Below, one piece after another: positions 1 through 10,267 of a DNA stretch of 64,000 nucleotides (the stretch's first letter is position 1; every line of letters starts with the position of its first letter). Made by a program: the position numbers and the translations under genes. The notes beneath the pieces are model-generated. The model searched no databases and was not told the origin of the DNA. It was given only the letters and a program-made list of their open reading frames with translations. This stretch comes from a virus (Duplodnaviria > Caudoviricetes), in the IMG/VR virus record IMGVR_UViG_3300038345_000144. One strand, given 5' to 3'.

Positions 1-54
1 GCTCGCAAGGCTGAAACCCGCAGACTCGTTGCAGAATGGTAAAGGAGAACCATA

Positions 55-408
55 ATGTATAAGAAGCACGGACAACTGGTAGAGGAAGCCACCGTACAGC
101 AGATAGCAAATTCGTTTATCTTGTCACATCACGCAAAAGAACGACTGCCTCGTTGGAAAGATGTTCCAAGCCTGAAAGACGCAATTCTGAATAACTCCCT
201 TGCTTATTATAATACCGATGGTAGCATTAACATTGGAGTTGATGATTACAGATATATGGTAGTCGTAAAGAAAGATGATGGGGCATATCTTATAGTAACA
301 TTAAAAGAAACTATATATGAGCCTCGCACTTCCATTTATGAAAGACGAGAACTTGCATTGAAGGGAATAGAACGCATCCCTAATAGCAGAAATCTATATA
401 AACTATAA
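55..408 (+). CDS. Hypothetical protein, DUF4258/RelE-like motif; paralog of 967..1305
   Basis: AAAGGAG RBS; LSHHAKERL and AYYNTDGSINI shared with 967..1305. Confidence 0.7.
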   Translation: MYKKHGQLVEEATVQQIANSFILSHHAKERLPRWKDVPSLKDAILNNSLAYYNTDGSINIGVDDYRYMVVVKKDDGAYLIVTLKETIYEPRTSIYERRELALKGIERIPNSRNLYKL

Positions 409-422
409 GGAGAATATTTAGT

Positions 423-851
423 ATGAAGATGATTTATTCCGATGGAGGACGCTCCCAGTATTTCAAGGCTCAAAATGTAGGCGACTGTGTTACAAGAGCC
501 ATCTGCAACGCTACTGGTATGGATTATAAGCAGGTATATGACGACCTCAAGGAACTTGCCAAGAAGGAAAGAATAACCAAGAGGCATAAGCATAGGTCAA
601 CGGTAAGGGATGGGGTTAGTCGTACTACCCTCAACAAGTATATCAAGTCATTAGGCTGGATTTGGGTCCCCAAGATGACCATTGGTAGCGGTTGTACCTT
701 CCACCTTTCTGAATATGACTTCCCTATGGGTACATATATAGTTAGCGTATCAAAGCATTTGACTTGCGTTAAGGATAAGGTGCTTTATGATACCTATGAT
801 TGCTCCAGAAAGGGCAACAGATGTGTCTACGGGTACTGGTATAAGCCTTAA
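423..851 (+). CDS. Conserved phage protein, possible papain-like Cys/His fold
   Basis: AAGGAG RBS; GDCVTRAI motif and downstream KHLTCV. Confidence 0.6.
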   Translation: MKMIYSDGGRSQYFKAQNVGDCVTRAICNATGMDYKQVYDDLKELAKKERITKRHKHRSTVRDGVSRTTLNKYIKSLGWIWVPKMTIGSGCTFHLSEYDFPMGTYIVSVSKHLTCVKDKVLYDTYDCSRKGNRCVYGYWYKP

Positions 852-966
852 CGGGGAAAAACTGCCACTTGAAATGTATAAGAGAAAAAATAAGAGGGGC
901 AAAAAAGTTTAACTATAAATGATAAAAAATAAAGCCAAAATAACAAATGTAAGGGGGATATAAGAA

Positions 967-1305
967 ATGATATTTGAAAAGCACGGAGAGTTAGTACCAG
1001 AGTCAGTTTTAATGGAAATCTCAAGAAATTACCGTATTTCAGCACACGCTTTAGCAAGAATGAAGGAAAGAGGCGTGTTTGCTAATGAGATTAGGCAACT
1101 TTTCCAGAAGCCGTTTATGGCATATTACAACACTGACGGTACTATCAACATAGCCGAAGATGAAACTCACTACTTCGTGATTAGTACAAAGAACGAATAT
1201 GGTAAGTACACGATTATTACCTATAAGGAGCCTTCTCTCTTTGAGAAGTGTGTCTCCTACAAGCGTTATTTAGCCTTACAGGGCATAGAACGCAGGATAG
1301 CCTAA
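967..1305 (+). CDS. Hypothetical protein, DUF4258/RelE-like motif
   Basis: ISAHALARMKERG motif; paralog of 55..408. Confidence 0.7.
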   Translation: MIFEKHGELVPESVLMEISRNYRISAHALARMKERGVFANEIRQLFQKPFMAYYNTDGTINIAEDETHYFVISTKNEYGKYTIITYKEPSLFEKCVSYKRYLALQGIERRIA

Positions 1306-1312
1306 AGAAAAC

Positions 1313-1338
1313 GGGTAGTCACTATGTAGCGACTACCC
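1313..1338. terminator. Hairpin between convergent gene blocks
   Basis: GGGTAGTC...GACTACCC inverted repeat; T-tract on the minus side. Confidence 0.6.
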
Positions 1339-1410
1339 TATATACTTAAAACTTGTAAGGGGGTGGTTTTAAGCCCCCTTATTATATATCTTTTTTACGG
1401 TTCAAGCAAC

Positions 1411-2355
1411 TTAATAGTTAATGGCATCAATCTTATTGATGAAGAAGTGAATACCATTTGAACACTCTTTCCAACGGTTAGCATTAAAGTCATCAGGATA
1501 TATCCATTCACCTTTCACATATTCGCAGTTTGTATAGTGATTATTGGTGAGTTTGACAATATCCGTTATCTCATTACCGTCCAAATCATAGAAACCAAGT
1601 ACCTTTGCCTTACTACAACGACACTTCTTTGTAGTGGCAGAACAACGCTGTGCGTCTTCAGGTATTAACAACTTGATAAGTACCTTTCTACCATACCATT
1701 CAGACTTCATATCCTCCCAGTATGTCAACTTCTTCCAGCCAATAAAGGCTCCGTCAGAAGGACAAGCCATCGAGAATTCAAAAGGAGGCAGGTTCCTTGT
1801 TCCGTTCAGAGACGCACCTGCTAAATAGAGAATATTATCTAACATAAGTATGTCCTTGAAATCAGCGTTATCTAAAGTTGCATTTATAAAGATTGTTTTA
1901 TATACATTCGTACCTACAAATGAAGCCATAAAGAAGCCAGCATATGAACAATTTGCAAAACCTAAAAACGCTTCATCAAAAATGCTGTGCATAAAGTCGG
2001 TACTACTCATATTAGCAGATTTTAAGTCCGTTTTTGTAAAAATTGACTTAATAAATTTACTATGAGCCAGACTACAATCCTCCATTTTAGCATTAGAAAA
2101 ACAACATCCGCTACTCTGTACGCAATCAAAAGAAGAACGACATAAAATAGCATTGGAAAAATCAGTATAGTTTAGTTGAGCATAATCGAATATACAGTTG
2201 GTCATTACGCTTCCTGACAGATTATATTCAGTTAGGTCCATACCAGTAAAATCGGCTCCGTCCAACTTTAACTGCATATCTCTCCAGCCTTCACAATCCT
2301 TCTCTAACCAGTGCTGGTGACGGCTGTAAAGTTTTGCAAATTCGATAGCGTCCAT
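1411..2355 (-). CDS. Pentapeptide-repeat protein with DUF5758-like C-terminus
   Basis: A(D/N)(F/L)xx repeats; C-terminal SATTKKCRCSKAKV and CSNGIHFF. Confidence 0.85.
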   Translation of the reverse strand: MDAIEFAKLYSRHQHWLEKDCEGWRDMQLKLDGADFTGMDLTEYNLSGSVMTNCIFDYAQLNYTDFSNAILCRSSFDCVQSSGCCFSNAKMEDCSLAHSKFIKSIFTKTDLKSANMSSTDFMHSIFDEAFLGFANCSYAGFFMASFVGTNVYKTIFINATLDNADFKDILMLDNILYLAGASLNGTRNLPPFEFSMACPSDGAFIGWKKLTYWEDMKSEWYGRKVLIKLLIPEDAQRCSATTKKCRCSKAKVLGFYDLDGNEITDIVKLTNNHYTNCEYVKGEWIYPDDFNANRWKECSNGIHFFINKIDAINY

Positions 2356-2765
2356 TATAGCAGACCTCCCTCTTCCTTCTTTTCTCTTCTATAACGAGAA
2401 GAGAACTTTTCCAAAATCTCATAAAGAGCAACCTCATTTATCTGATTTTCGCCAATGGGGTCAGCAACATACCAATTCGGTCCTAACAGGTATTCAATCG
2501 CAAACTTTTTGAACTCTGCGTCAGTAATCCCTACACCGTAAATGTTATCCTTATCTTCACGGTTAGCATACTTCTTTCGCATTATTCTTGTAAGTGTGTC
2601 CTGTCTGTGCGTATAGAACTCTTCAATCAACTGCTTCTGTGCCTTTGCCTTTCTTTTAACAACAAAAACCGCAATAGTAACAACAACGGCGATTACTGCT
2701 ACCAAAATTAACAGGAAAATGCAATACAGTCTCCAAACACTCTCATCATAAGTTACGGTAATCAT
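2355..2765 (-). CDS. Hypothetical membrane protein
   Basis: N-terminal hydrophobic helix; coupled to neighbours. Confidence 0.65.
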   Translation of the reverse strand: MITVTYDESVWRLYCIFLLILVAVIAVVVTIAVFVVKRKAKAQKQLIEEFYTHRQDTLTRIMRKKYANREDKDNIYGVGITDAEFKKFAIEYLLGPNWYVADPIGENQINEVALYEILEKFSSRYRREKKEEGGLL

Positions 2766-2976
2766 AGATTTTATACCTCTTTCCTGTGCTCATTAACTCA
2801 ATGATAGAAATTTCCTTTACATCAACCTTCTGTCTGCCATAAACTCTATGCAGGGTCTTATAAACACGAATAGCCTCATCCTTGTTCGGGGCATAGATGA
2901 GTTCGGTATCATAAGCATAATACTGGCAGAAACCGTCAAACTTTAATCGGCTTACCCTGTAAAACATACCTTCCAA
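2746..2976 (-). CDS. Hypothetical protein
   Basis: AAGGAG RBS; overlaps next gene. Confidence 0.55.
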   Translation of the reverse strand: MEGMFYRVSRLKFDGFCQYYAYDTELIYAPNKDEAIRVYKTLHRVYGRQKVDVKEISIIELMSTGKRYKIYDYRNL

Positions 2977-3140
2977 TTTGTGTATCTCCTTTGTTATTCT
3001 GATACTGTAATTGTACCAAAATGACTACTAATTTGTAAATATCTATATACAACTCGTTTTCTAACATTAGGTATGTATTGTGTCCAAAAAATAAGGGAGC
3101 GACATAGTGCCACTCCCTGTAAGGTAGTATATTATAATAA

Positions 3141-3767
3141 TTAGTCGGGGTCTTTCTTAAAAATAAAGATACCGTCTTTTGATTTAGCAATTCCGTAGCC
3201 GTCCTGAATAGGAATAAAAACATTATCCATAAACAACCTGTTGATAATATCATCACCTGTGCTAACTGGTCCTAAAATCAAAATCTGTTCCATTCTATCC
3301 AACATAAGGGTTGTAACGGAACCACAGTTTGCTCTCTGGGAGGTCATAATGATTGAAGCACCTGTAATGGTAGCAACTGATGAAATAGAATACAAAGCCG
3401 TCTTAATGCTTTCAACACTCCTGTAATCGTTAGCGTTCATATAGTAGTCAATACTATCAATGATGATAACAGGCGGTTTATAACCCTCAATCTCCGTATA
3501 GGAGTTAAGTTTCTTTTCGCCAATTTCTCTTGCGAGGTCAATCTGCTTGCTTGCTATGTTAGTTAATACATCGGCGGCAGTCTTGGGGTCCATAGAGTCA
3601 AATACAAATTGTGTGTATTCTCCGTATGGATTGATGATAACAATATTCTGCTTTTCATTGAGTAACTCGACTATCCATCTTTTGAGGATATATCCTTTAC
3701 CAGTACCAGGTTTTCCACAGATTAAAGTATTAGTTAACTTCAAATCAAATTTGTTAATGAGTTGCAT
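3141..3767 (-). CDS. P-loop ATPase, FtsK/HerA/VirB4-like
   Basis: Walker A GKPGTGKG; Walker B-like IIIDS; TSQR motif. Confidence 0.7.
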   Translation of the reverse strand: MQLINKFDLKLTNTLICGKPGTGKGYILKRWIVELLNEKQNIVIINPYGEYTQFVFDSMDPKTAADVLTNIASKQIDLAREIGEKKLNSYTEIEGYKPPVIIIDSIDYYMNANDYRSVESIKTALYSISSVATITGASIIMTSQRANCGSVTTLMLDRMEQILILGPVSTGDDIINRLFMDNVFIPIQDGYGIAKSKDGIFIFKKDPD

Positions 3768-3928
3768 TAAAATTTCCCGTCCTTTCGTGTTTTGATAGAA
3801 AAGCGGTACTTCACCGCCAGGTAAAAGAAGTACCGCCCAGTATCACATTCCGTGATTTTCTCATTTGGAGGATTTTTTTAAGTCCATTTGAGATAATTAA
3901 ATTATATCAGAACACCTATAAATTGCAA

Positions 3929-4408
3929 CTAATTATACAAAAAATCATAGTCCTCAAAGGTATCTCCCATAAGTTTTAACTTACCGTCAACAACCTTGAT
4001 AGAAGTAGGAGCCTCCCACTCTTCATAGTAGAAAAAGCCAGTCACATCCCCATCGTTGTATAAATATTTGGAGAGAAAGTCCAAGAAACAGCCAATCTCG
4101 TCATTATAATTCTTAATTGTAAAATGACAAGTGAAATGCACATAATAATCCCATTCGGTATCAGGGATTTTCTCGTAAGTAAGCGTAGGCTCGGAATACT
4201 CATTGAAGTCAGTCAAACCGCTACGAAGCATCCGAGTCCATCGTTCGGTTGTGAATAACACATCATTTAACTCAATGCCTTCCTGCTCGACCAATTCCCT
4301 TCTTGGGTTCTTGTGTGGTCTGCGGGACATCATAAAGTCTAAAATACTTATCAAGTTCGCATCACTTTGCAAATTAACTTTTAATTTAAGAGTTGAGTAC
4401 ATTCCCAT
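3929..4408 (-). CDS. Hypothetical phage protein
   Basis: GAGG RBS, 159 aa. Confidence 0.65.
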   Translation of the reverse strand: MGMYSTLKLKVNLQSDANLISILDFMMSRRPHKNPRRELVEQEGIELNDVLFTTERWTRMLRSGLTDFNEYSEPTLTYEKIPDTEWDYYVHFTCHFTIKNYNDEIGCFLDFLSKYLYNDGDVTGFFYYEEWEAPTSIKVVDGKLKLMGDTFEDYDFLYN

Positions 4409-4420
4409 ATTATTTACCTC

Positions 4421-5056
4421 TTATTCGTGCTGTAAATTAGCAAGTTCATCTATTGCATAATGTGTTGTAGGCTTTGAAGCCTTATTATCCTGACTTACAA
4501 CCCCACTAATCTGATTTCCAACCACCACATCGGTCAGCGTTGTTATCATCTGAATGGCTCCGTGATAATGAACACTACCACAATAACGAGCACTGTAAGG
4601 GATATATTCAAATTTTCTCTCATTTGCCAACACAGGCTGACCGTCTTCAATGGTATGTGTTGCCTTGTATCTTTCAACAGCATCAGTTTCATTTAATGCT
4701 AATATGATTTCGGTTTCTTCAGCATATTTAACATCTTCGTTATCTCTGCTGACAAACTTACTTACCCAATATTCTTTCAAAAGTTCCTCTGGGTCAATGT
4801 CAAACTTCTTATTGAGCCACTTATTCTGTTCTGCATAAGACCATTCAGGAACGGTCTCATTACAAGATAAAAACTCATTAACTTCTGCATCGGAAAGCCA
4901 ATGATAATACTCAATCTTCGTGTTGCCCTTTTCCCTGTAAAAACCGCAAATGTGGTGTTTTTTATTCTGGGTAAATCCTTCCATAACAAGGTTCTGTACC
5001 TGATTACGCCATTCCCACGACTGCAACCTAATTAAATGATTAGTGTGTTTTGCCAT
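4421..5056 (-). CDS. Hypothetical protein
   Basis: AAGGAG RBS, 211 aa. Confidence 0.65.
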   Translation of the reverse strand: MAKHTNHLIRLQSWEWRNQVQNLVMEGFTQNKKHHICGFYREKGNTKIEYYHWLSDAEVNEFLSCNETVPEWSYAEQNKWLNKKFDIDPEELLKEYWVSKFVSRDNEDVKYAEETEIILALNETDAVERYKATHTIEDGQPVLANERKFEYIPYSARYCGSVHYHGAIQMITTLTDVVVGNQISGVVSQDNKASKPTTHYAIDELANLQHE

Positions 5057-5071
5057 ATAAATTACTCCTTA

Positions 5072-5371
5072 TTAAAAAATCCAAAAGAGGGAGTCGTTGG
5101 TACGGTGAAACTTCGCATCCTCGTCCTCTGTATAATGATATTTTTCTCTACTATGAATATCGTTGTTAAGATAGGCTCTACCAAAAGAATAGCCTAACTC
5201 TCGGAGGTGCTTACGGGGAATTTTCACAATAGTACCCCTGCCATTATCAAGTTTGCCAATGACATACTTGGAATTAGGTCTCAAGCCCTTTCTTCCGAGG
5301 ATGACTTCAGTAATCCATTCGGAAGTTAAAGGACCTTTGACAATCTCATATAAATAGCAAATAGCGTCCAT
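5072..5371 (-). CDS. Hypothetical protein
   Basis: Tightly packed minus-strand ORF. Confidence 0.55.
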   Translation of the reverse strand: MDAICYLYEIVKGPLTSEWITEVILGRKGLRPNSKYVIGKLDNGRGTIVKIPRKHLRELGYSFGRAYLNNDIHSREKYHYTEDEDAKFHRTNDSLFWIF

Positions 5372-5373
5372 AA

Positions 5374-5700
5374 TTAGTCACCTACACAAGTAACTTCATC
5401 ATCATCAAACTCACCTGCATAAAGCAATTTTGCGATGTTATGAGCAGGACGAATTTCTCTGTTTGTATGAGGGCAATCACCCATAGTCAGTTCAAAAGTG
5501 TCACCCTTGAAAGGATGAACGATAAGATGATAACCAAAATCAGTAATCAGCGTAGAGTCAACCATATACAACTGGGTTGTACGGATAACTGGTGTATCAT
5601 CAGCAATAGCCTTATCCACCTCGGCACAAGTATGAAGCGTACCTTCAGGGTATGCACCAAAGTAAATGTGAAATTCCTTATAAAGTTCAAACTCTTTCAT
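5374..5700 (-). CDS. Hypothetical protein
   Basis: GAGGAG RBS; packed ORF. Confidence 0.6.
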   Translation of the reverse strand: MKEFELYKEFHIYFGAYPEGTLHTCAEVDKAIADDTPVIRTTQLYMVDSTLITDFGYHLIVHPFKGDTFELTMGDCPHTNREIRPAHNIAKLLYAGEFDDDEVTCVGD

Positions 5701-5702
5701 AA

Positions 5703-5954
5703 TTATTTAATCTCCTCAACAAACTTATTAGAATAGAAACAGGAACACTCTAAACAATAAGACTTATCCCCGTTAAGATAATTCTTAAACTTGGCACAGC
5801 GATAGCAAGCCTGCCTCTTTTCTTCAGCAAGATTGATTGCCTTTTCCATTACTCTCTTTTCTTCCTCCGAAAGATTATGATTTTCTACAATCTTCGGCAA
5901 TTCTTCAACTAACATATCAGGTGTTTTCATTTTTATACCTCTCTTAATGGACAC
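5703..5954 (-). CDS. Small Cys-rich hypothetical protein (start probably MKTPD)
   Basis: CxxC pairs; GAGG before second Met. Confidence 0.55.
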   Translation of the reverse strand: MSIKRGIKMKTPDMLVEELPKIVENHNLSEEEKRVMEKAINLAEEKRQACYRCAKFKNYLNGDKSYCLECSCFYSNKFVEEIK

Positions 5955-6290
5955 ATTTCGGGTCTTTCTTCCGAATATACGATTTCGGAATGGTCGAATA
6001 CACAGTTGGTAGTGTTTCTTCCCCAGTATGCGTCATCACCCGTATCACGATATGTAAACGGGCAGTTCTGACAATTCTTTGGCATATTTACATCTACTTT
6101 AATCAATGACTAAATCCTCCTTAACTTCAGAGTCCAGTATCTTCTGGAGCATTTCCTTCTGTCTAAATCGAGGCAGGTTTTCGTATTCGGGATAATCCCT
6201 TGCGATTTCTGCTATTATTCGCATCTTCAAAAGTTCATCTGTGTCCTTCAGTGTTGCTAACAAATCTCTTACCTTCATTACTATATCTCC

Positions 6291-6935
6291 TTAATCTTCA
6301 TCAAAAAATGTTTGTTCTTGCATTTTGTCCGAAACCCAACGGCTTGTTGTCTTAACTTCCTTAATGATTTCGTCCATTTTCTTATATCTTGCACTGGTTA
6401 GCATCAGTTGACCCTGACAATACTGCTGAAAGGCAGTTGCAAAGTTTTCTGTGCCGTTCTTTCTGTCGTGTCCACGCTTACTCTTACTTCTTCCTCTAAT
6501 GTACTGGGGCTGATAACCGAAGTAAACCCAATGTACCCAGTGTCCGATTTCGTGAATTATAGTAGACTGTGCATCCTTTATGCTTTCCTGCTTTCGTAGT
6601 TCTACATATTCATCTTCGGATAATGGTTCAATCTTACCATTAGGTCTACAAATGATATGTACGAAACTCTCTCTTCTATAAAAATCACGGTAAAACTGTT
6701 CATTAAAGTCAAACAGGCTGGGACGGACATAAACTTCTTCTCCGTGGTCGTAATAACCTCTCCAATGCTTGTGCTTCTTAAAATAATCCGTCCAATCAAC
6801 AATTACCTTATTAACATCAAAAAGAATTCCTGTCTTTTCATAAATAATGTTAATTGCTTCCTGTATTACCTGTTCTTGGGTCATAACCGTCTCCTTTAGG
6901 TTGTTTCCTCGGTCTCTTCCTGCCAATCGTCCCAA
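6291..6935 (-). CDS. Zincin-like metallopeptidase-motif protein (start probably MTQEQ)
   Basis: HEIGH (HExxH) followed by ENFA. Confidence 0.65.
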   Translation of the reverse strand: MGRLAGRDRGNNLKETVMTQEQVIQEAINIIYEKTGILFDVNKVIVDWTDYFKKHKHWRGYYDHGEEVYVRPSLFDFNEQFYRDFYRRESFVHIICRPNGKIEPLSEDEYVELRKQESIKDAQSTIIHEIGHWVHWVYFGYQPQYIRGRSKSKRGHDRKNGTENFATAFQQYCQGQLMLTSARYKKMDEIIKEVKTTSRWVSDKMQEQTFFDED

Positions 6936-7336
6936 AGTTCTTCTTCGGTTTCTTCATAATACTCGGTAATCTGAATTGTATCTGTGGGGTCAGGATATTC
7001 CGTAGCACCAACCTCACTCCAATTAGGCTGATAATCTACTTCAATACGAGTATTGCAGTAATCACATACATACATATATGAAGTAGTATATCTATGACCT
7101 ACTGCCTGAACATAACGATACTTATGACCACAAACAGGGCAATATCCGTCATTCCAAGTGTTTGCCTCGTTGATAAATCCACAACATACCATTAAAACGA
7201 TACCAACAAGAAGAAAACCAAATAAGACCATCTTCAGAATATCGTCTTCGCTCCCGCCTCTCTTGTTAAGTCTCTTATTCTTATAAATGATTGTCATATT
7301 AAAATATCTCCTGTGCTTTCCTTTATGATAATACAA
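6896..7336 (-). CDS. Membrane-anchored zinc-ribbon protein
   Basis: TM helix, CPVC...CDYC. Confidence 0.6.
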   Translation of the reverse strand: MYYHKGKHRRYFNMTIIYKNKRLNKRGGSEDDILKMVLFGFLLVGIVLMVCCGFINEANTWNDGYCPVCGHKYRYVQAVGHRYTTSYMYVCDYCNTRIEVDYQPNWSEVGATEYPDPTDTIQITEYYEETEEELWDDWQEETEETT

Positions 7337-7387
7337 TCATAGCACAGGAGATACTAATTTGTAAATAGGTAAAATACGAATGTAATA

Positions 7388-7852
7388 TTACTTTACTGGC
7401 TCAAACCAGTCGAGCATTACTTCAGCCACCTGACCGTCATTTCCGATAACAAAGGCATCGGCTACATCACCAAATCCAACGACCTCGAAAATCTCGTATT
7501 CTTTTCCGATAGATACATTTTTAACCTGTTCGTAATCAGGACTCTTATCAAAGAAATGTCTGATGTACTCCGTGTCCTTAATCCTTCCCTTAATAGGAGG
7601 CATAAACCTTTTGTTACCTGTAAAAGTACGGTGCTGATAATCCTCCAGGTCAGCATTTGTCTCAATTTTAGGTACATAATGGCTGTTCTGAAGAAGATGC
7701 CATAACTTCATCCAACCGTCTGTGAAGCGAATTCGTCCTTCAGGTGTTAACTGCTCACCTTTAAGCATTAGTGAGTCAATGTTATCTCTAAACTGGTCTA
7801 AATCTACTAAAAACATTTTTATCCTTCCTTTCTGTAAGGTGCGTTCCACCAA
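7388..7852 (-). CDS. Hypothetical protein
   Basis: Packed ORF; real start probably MFLVD. Confidence 0.6.
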   Translation of the reverse strand: MVERTLQKGRIKMFLVDLDQFRDNIDSLMLKGEQLTPEGRIRFTDGWMKLWHLLQNSHYVPKIETNADLEDYQHRTFTGNKRFMPPIKGRIKDTEYIRHFFDKSPDYEQVKNVSIGKEYEIFEVVGFGDVADAFVIGNDGQVAEVMLDWFEPVK

Positions 7853-8154
7853 TAAATATCAAATGTTTGTGTACTTAATGAAGGGTCTGTGGTTACATTA
7901 ACACTTTGAAGGCTCTCTATAATAAACCATTCACAGTTAGGAAAAAGTGCTCTAATCATATCTCCGTTGGTAGGATTTTCTGGGATTGTGAAAACTGTAT
8001 CTGCTTCTCTAATCTTTGCACTCTTTCCGACACACTCCTTATAATTTCTGTTATCTGTCGGATAAATGTAGATGTTCTCGTACTCGATTTTATTTGAGTC
8101 AATCAATCTCTGTTCCATAATCTTCTTCTCCAAATACGGGTGCATTGTCAACAA
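7819..8154 (-). CDS. Hypothetical protein, paralog of 8800..9114
   Basis: MEQRL...PENPTNGDMI.ALFP...WWNAPY shared. Confidence 0.7.
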   Translation of the reverse strand: MLTMHPYLEKKIMEQRLIDSNKIEYENIYIYPTDNRNYKECVGKSAKIREADTVFTIPENPTNGDMIRALFPNCEWFIIESLQSVNVTTDPSLSTQTFDIYWWNAPYRKEG

Positions 8155-8410
8155 AATCTAAAACTTCACACGCACATTCTGTATAGCCTACATTGTATCT
8201 ATCTTCCTCTGTTCTATCAGCGTAATACTCGGCGTGTTTTCTAACTTCGTCTTTCATAGACTCACGGCTTATCGCATCATCAGTGATTACTGTGCCGTTG
8301 GCGATTGCATTATGTACCGCCTCTGCACTCCAATAATCAAAACAACCATTTTTAAGGTGTTCATATTCACCCTCATCAAGTTCAATCAATACCTTAACTT
8401 TTTTACTCAT
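8099..8410 (-). CDS. Hypothetical phage protein
   Basis: AAGGAGG RBS; DAISR motif. Confidence 0.6.
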   Translation of the reverse strand: MSKKVKVLIELDEGEYEHLKNGCFDYWSAEAVHNAIANGTVITDDAISRESMKDEVRKHAEYYADRTEEDRYNVGYTECACEVLDFVDNAPVFGEEDYGTEID

Positions 8411-8744
8411 TGATAGCCCTCCTTACACACATTCTATCGCCGTTTTGAACAGGACATAATTTACCATAACAAGGGTTAGTACAGCCCTCACACAATTCGT
8501 CATCTGAAGGATAATCAAATCTGTTTTGAGCACCACACGAAGGGCAAAATTTTTCTCGTACAAAACCCCAACCACAATCAGGACAAAAACAACGCCCATT
8601 GTCAGTTACTATCCAACGCTCTGACTCATCTCTTAATGGTTTGTTTCTCATTACATCACATAGATTTTTCATCTTTATTCTCCTTATGTTTCTTTTCTTC
8701 AAATGGACAAGATATACTTTCAGGGCAAAAGCACTCAAACACAT
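8403..8744 (-). CDS. Cys-rich zinc-finger protein (start probably MKNLC)
   Basis: CPDC, CPSC, CEGC. Confidence 0.6.
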   Translation of the reverse strand: MCLSAFALKVYLVHLKKRNIRRIKMKNLCDVMRNKPLRDESERWIVTDNGRCFCPDCGWGFVREKFCPSCGAQNRFDYPSDDELCEGCTNPCYGKLCPVQNGDRMCVRRAINE

Positions 8745-8799
8745 ACGAACTATTGCTACATCTATGAGGACAATGCCCCTCTTCGTGCCAACAAATCAT

Positions 8800-9114
8800 T
8801 TATTTGTCCTCCTTTTTTACATATGGAGCGTTCCACCACTTGGTATTAAACCGACACTCTGCACCAAAATATGTGCCGTCAGGAAATGAGAAAACCATCT
8901 TGTCGTGAGTTATTGATGGTTCGTGCTTTACTTTACCTTCAGGGAACAAAGCCTTTATCATATCTCCATTCGTAGGGTTTTCAGGAAGCGTCAAAACGGT
9001 ATCGGCTTCAATATAACAATCAACTCCATTATCGGGTGTGTAAGATATGAAAGTTATTGAGTCCTCAAGTGTAACCTCTTTGACTTTATTTATATCAACT
9101 AATCTCTGTTCCAT
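8800..9114 (-). CDS. Hypothetical protein, paralog of 7819..8154
   Basis: AAGGAG RBS; shared motifs. Confidence 0.7.
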   Translation of the reverse strand: MEQRLVDINKVKEVTLEDSITFISYTPDNGVDCYIEADTVLTLPENPTNGDMIKALFPEGKVKHEPSITHDKMVFSFPDGTYFGAECRFNTKWWNAPYVKKEDK

Positions 9115-9116
9115 CT

Positions 9117-9530
9117 TTATTCTCCTTCATAGGGTACAGGTGTAGGTCTCCAAGCAATAATGTCCTCATTATCAAATTGCTTTTTGAAAATATCACGACC
9201 CGTCCAATAATTTTCTGGTTTGCGATAACCTTCTTCAAAAACGACTCTCCCACCACCATATGCGTGACAGGTGACAAGATACCAGCCAGTCTTATCGGGT
9301 AATCTCTCTGACATAGGAACCCACTCGTCTGCTTCTCTTCTTTCCTTGAGTTCAGTCAACCAACTTACAAGGTCATTAAGTCTATTCAGTTCTGCTTCAC
9401 ATTCGCCATATGCCTTCGCATCTTCAGAATTAGGAAAAATAGAAAATCCCTTATGGATTTCTTCCATTTGGTTTTCTACCTTTTCAATCTGGTCCTGATA
9501 CTCCTGAATTGCATTTTCTAAATCAGTCAT
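9117..9530 (-). CDS. DUF551-like phage protein
   Basis: WVPMSERLP...YLVT...IIAWRPTP.PY. Confidence 0.75.
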   Translation of the reverse strand: MTDLENAIQEYQDQIEKVENQMEEIHKGFSIFPNSEDAKAYGECEAELNRLNDLVSWLTELKERREADEWVPMSERLPDKTGWYLVTCHAYGGGRVVFEEGYRKPENYWTGRDIFKKQFDNEDIIAWRPTPVPYEGE

Positions 9531-9694
9531 ACAGTATCTCCTTTGTTTGTTGAATTATAAACACATTATACCAATTGGATTACAAACTTGTAAATAGTTT
9601 TTTTAATGAAATATCGAACACGACCTATACTTATTTGTTCGAAAAAGAAAAACCCCGAAAACCTTTATAGGAATTCGGGGTCTGGAGTTTTTGT

Positions 9695-10237
9695 TTACTT
9701 TGAAAGTCTGTCTGCGATGCAAGAAGATGCTGATGGGTATGGAGCAGAAGGGTCGTCTTCCTTTGGCTTTACAACCGCATCGAAGCCCTGTGCCTTTACC
9801 CAACCTACCAACTCGGCAATCAATTCGTGTGTCTTACCCTTTTCAGAGTAACCAGCGTCGATATGGATTTCCCAGTGAGTGTTCAAGAACAACTCTTCGT
9901 ACTTTTCATCTGATGTCAAGGCGTTAACCAAGTAATCAGCGATTTCAAGAGAGTCCTGTGTTTCTGTGTGCAACTTCTGTCTTACATCGTTAATCCTATC
10001 TCTTGAAGTAATCTTGTAGAAGAATATACCTCCGTGATGCTCACAAGTGATAGCAATAACATTTACTTCCTTTGTGAATGAGAAGTTCTGTGAGTCTGTA
10101 CCAATAGTAATATTGATATGCTCGTTAAACATCTTCATCCTGTTGTAGTATTCAAGTATCTTTTCTGGAATTTCGCTCAACTCAAGGTTTCCCTTTGATG
10201 GCGACTTCCACTTTGTATTAAATGGCTTCCTTCTCAT
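9695..10237 (-). CDS. RNase H-like YkuK (DUF458) family protein
   Basis: IGTDSQ, EIHIDAG, ASSCIADR motifs. Confidence 0.85.
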   Translation of the reverse strand: MRRKPFNTKWKSPSKGNLELSEIPEKILEYYNRMKMFNEHINITIGTDSQNFSFTKEVNVIAITCEHHGGIFFYKITSRDRINDVRQKLHTETQDSLEIADYLVNALTSDEKYEELFLNTHWEIHIDAGYSEKGKTHELIAELVGWVKAQGFDAVVKPKEDDPSAPYPSASSCIADRLSK

Positions 10238-10267
10238 ATATTAAAATTTCATCTCTTTTCTATTTAG

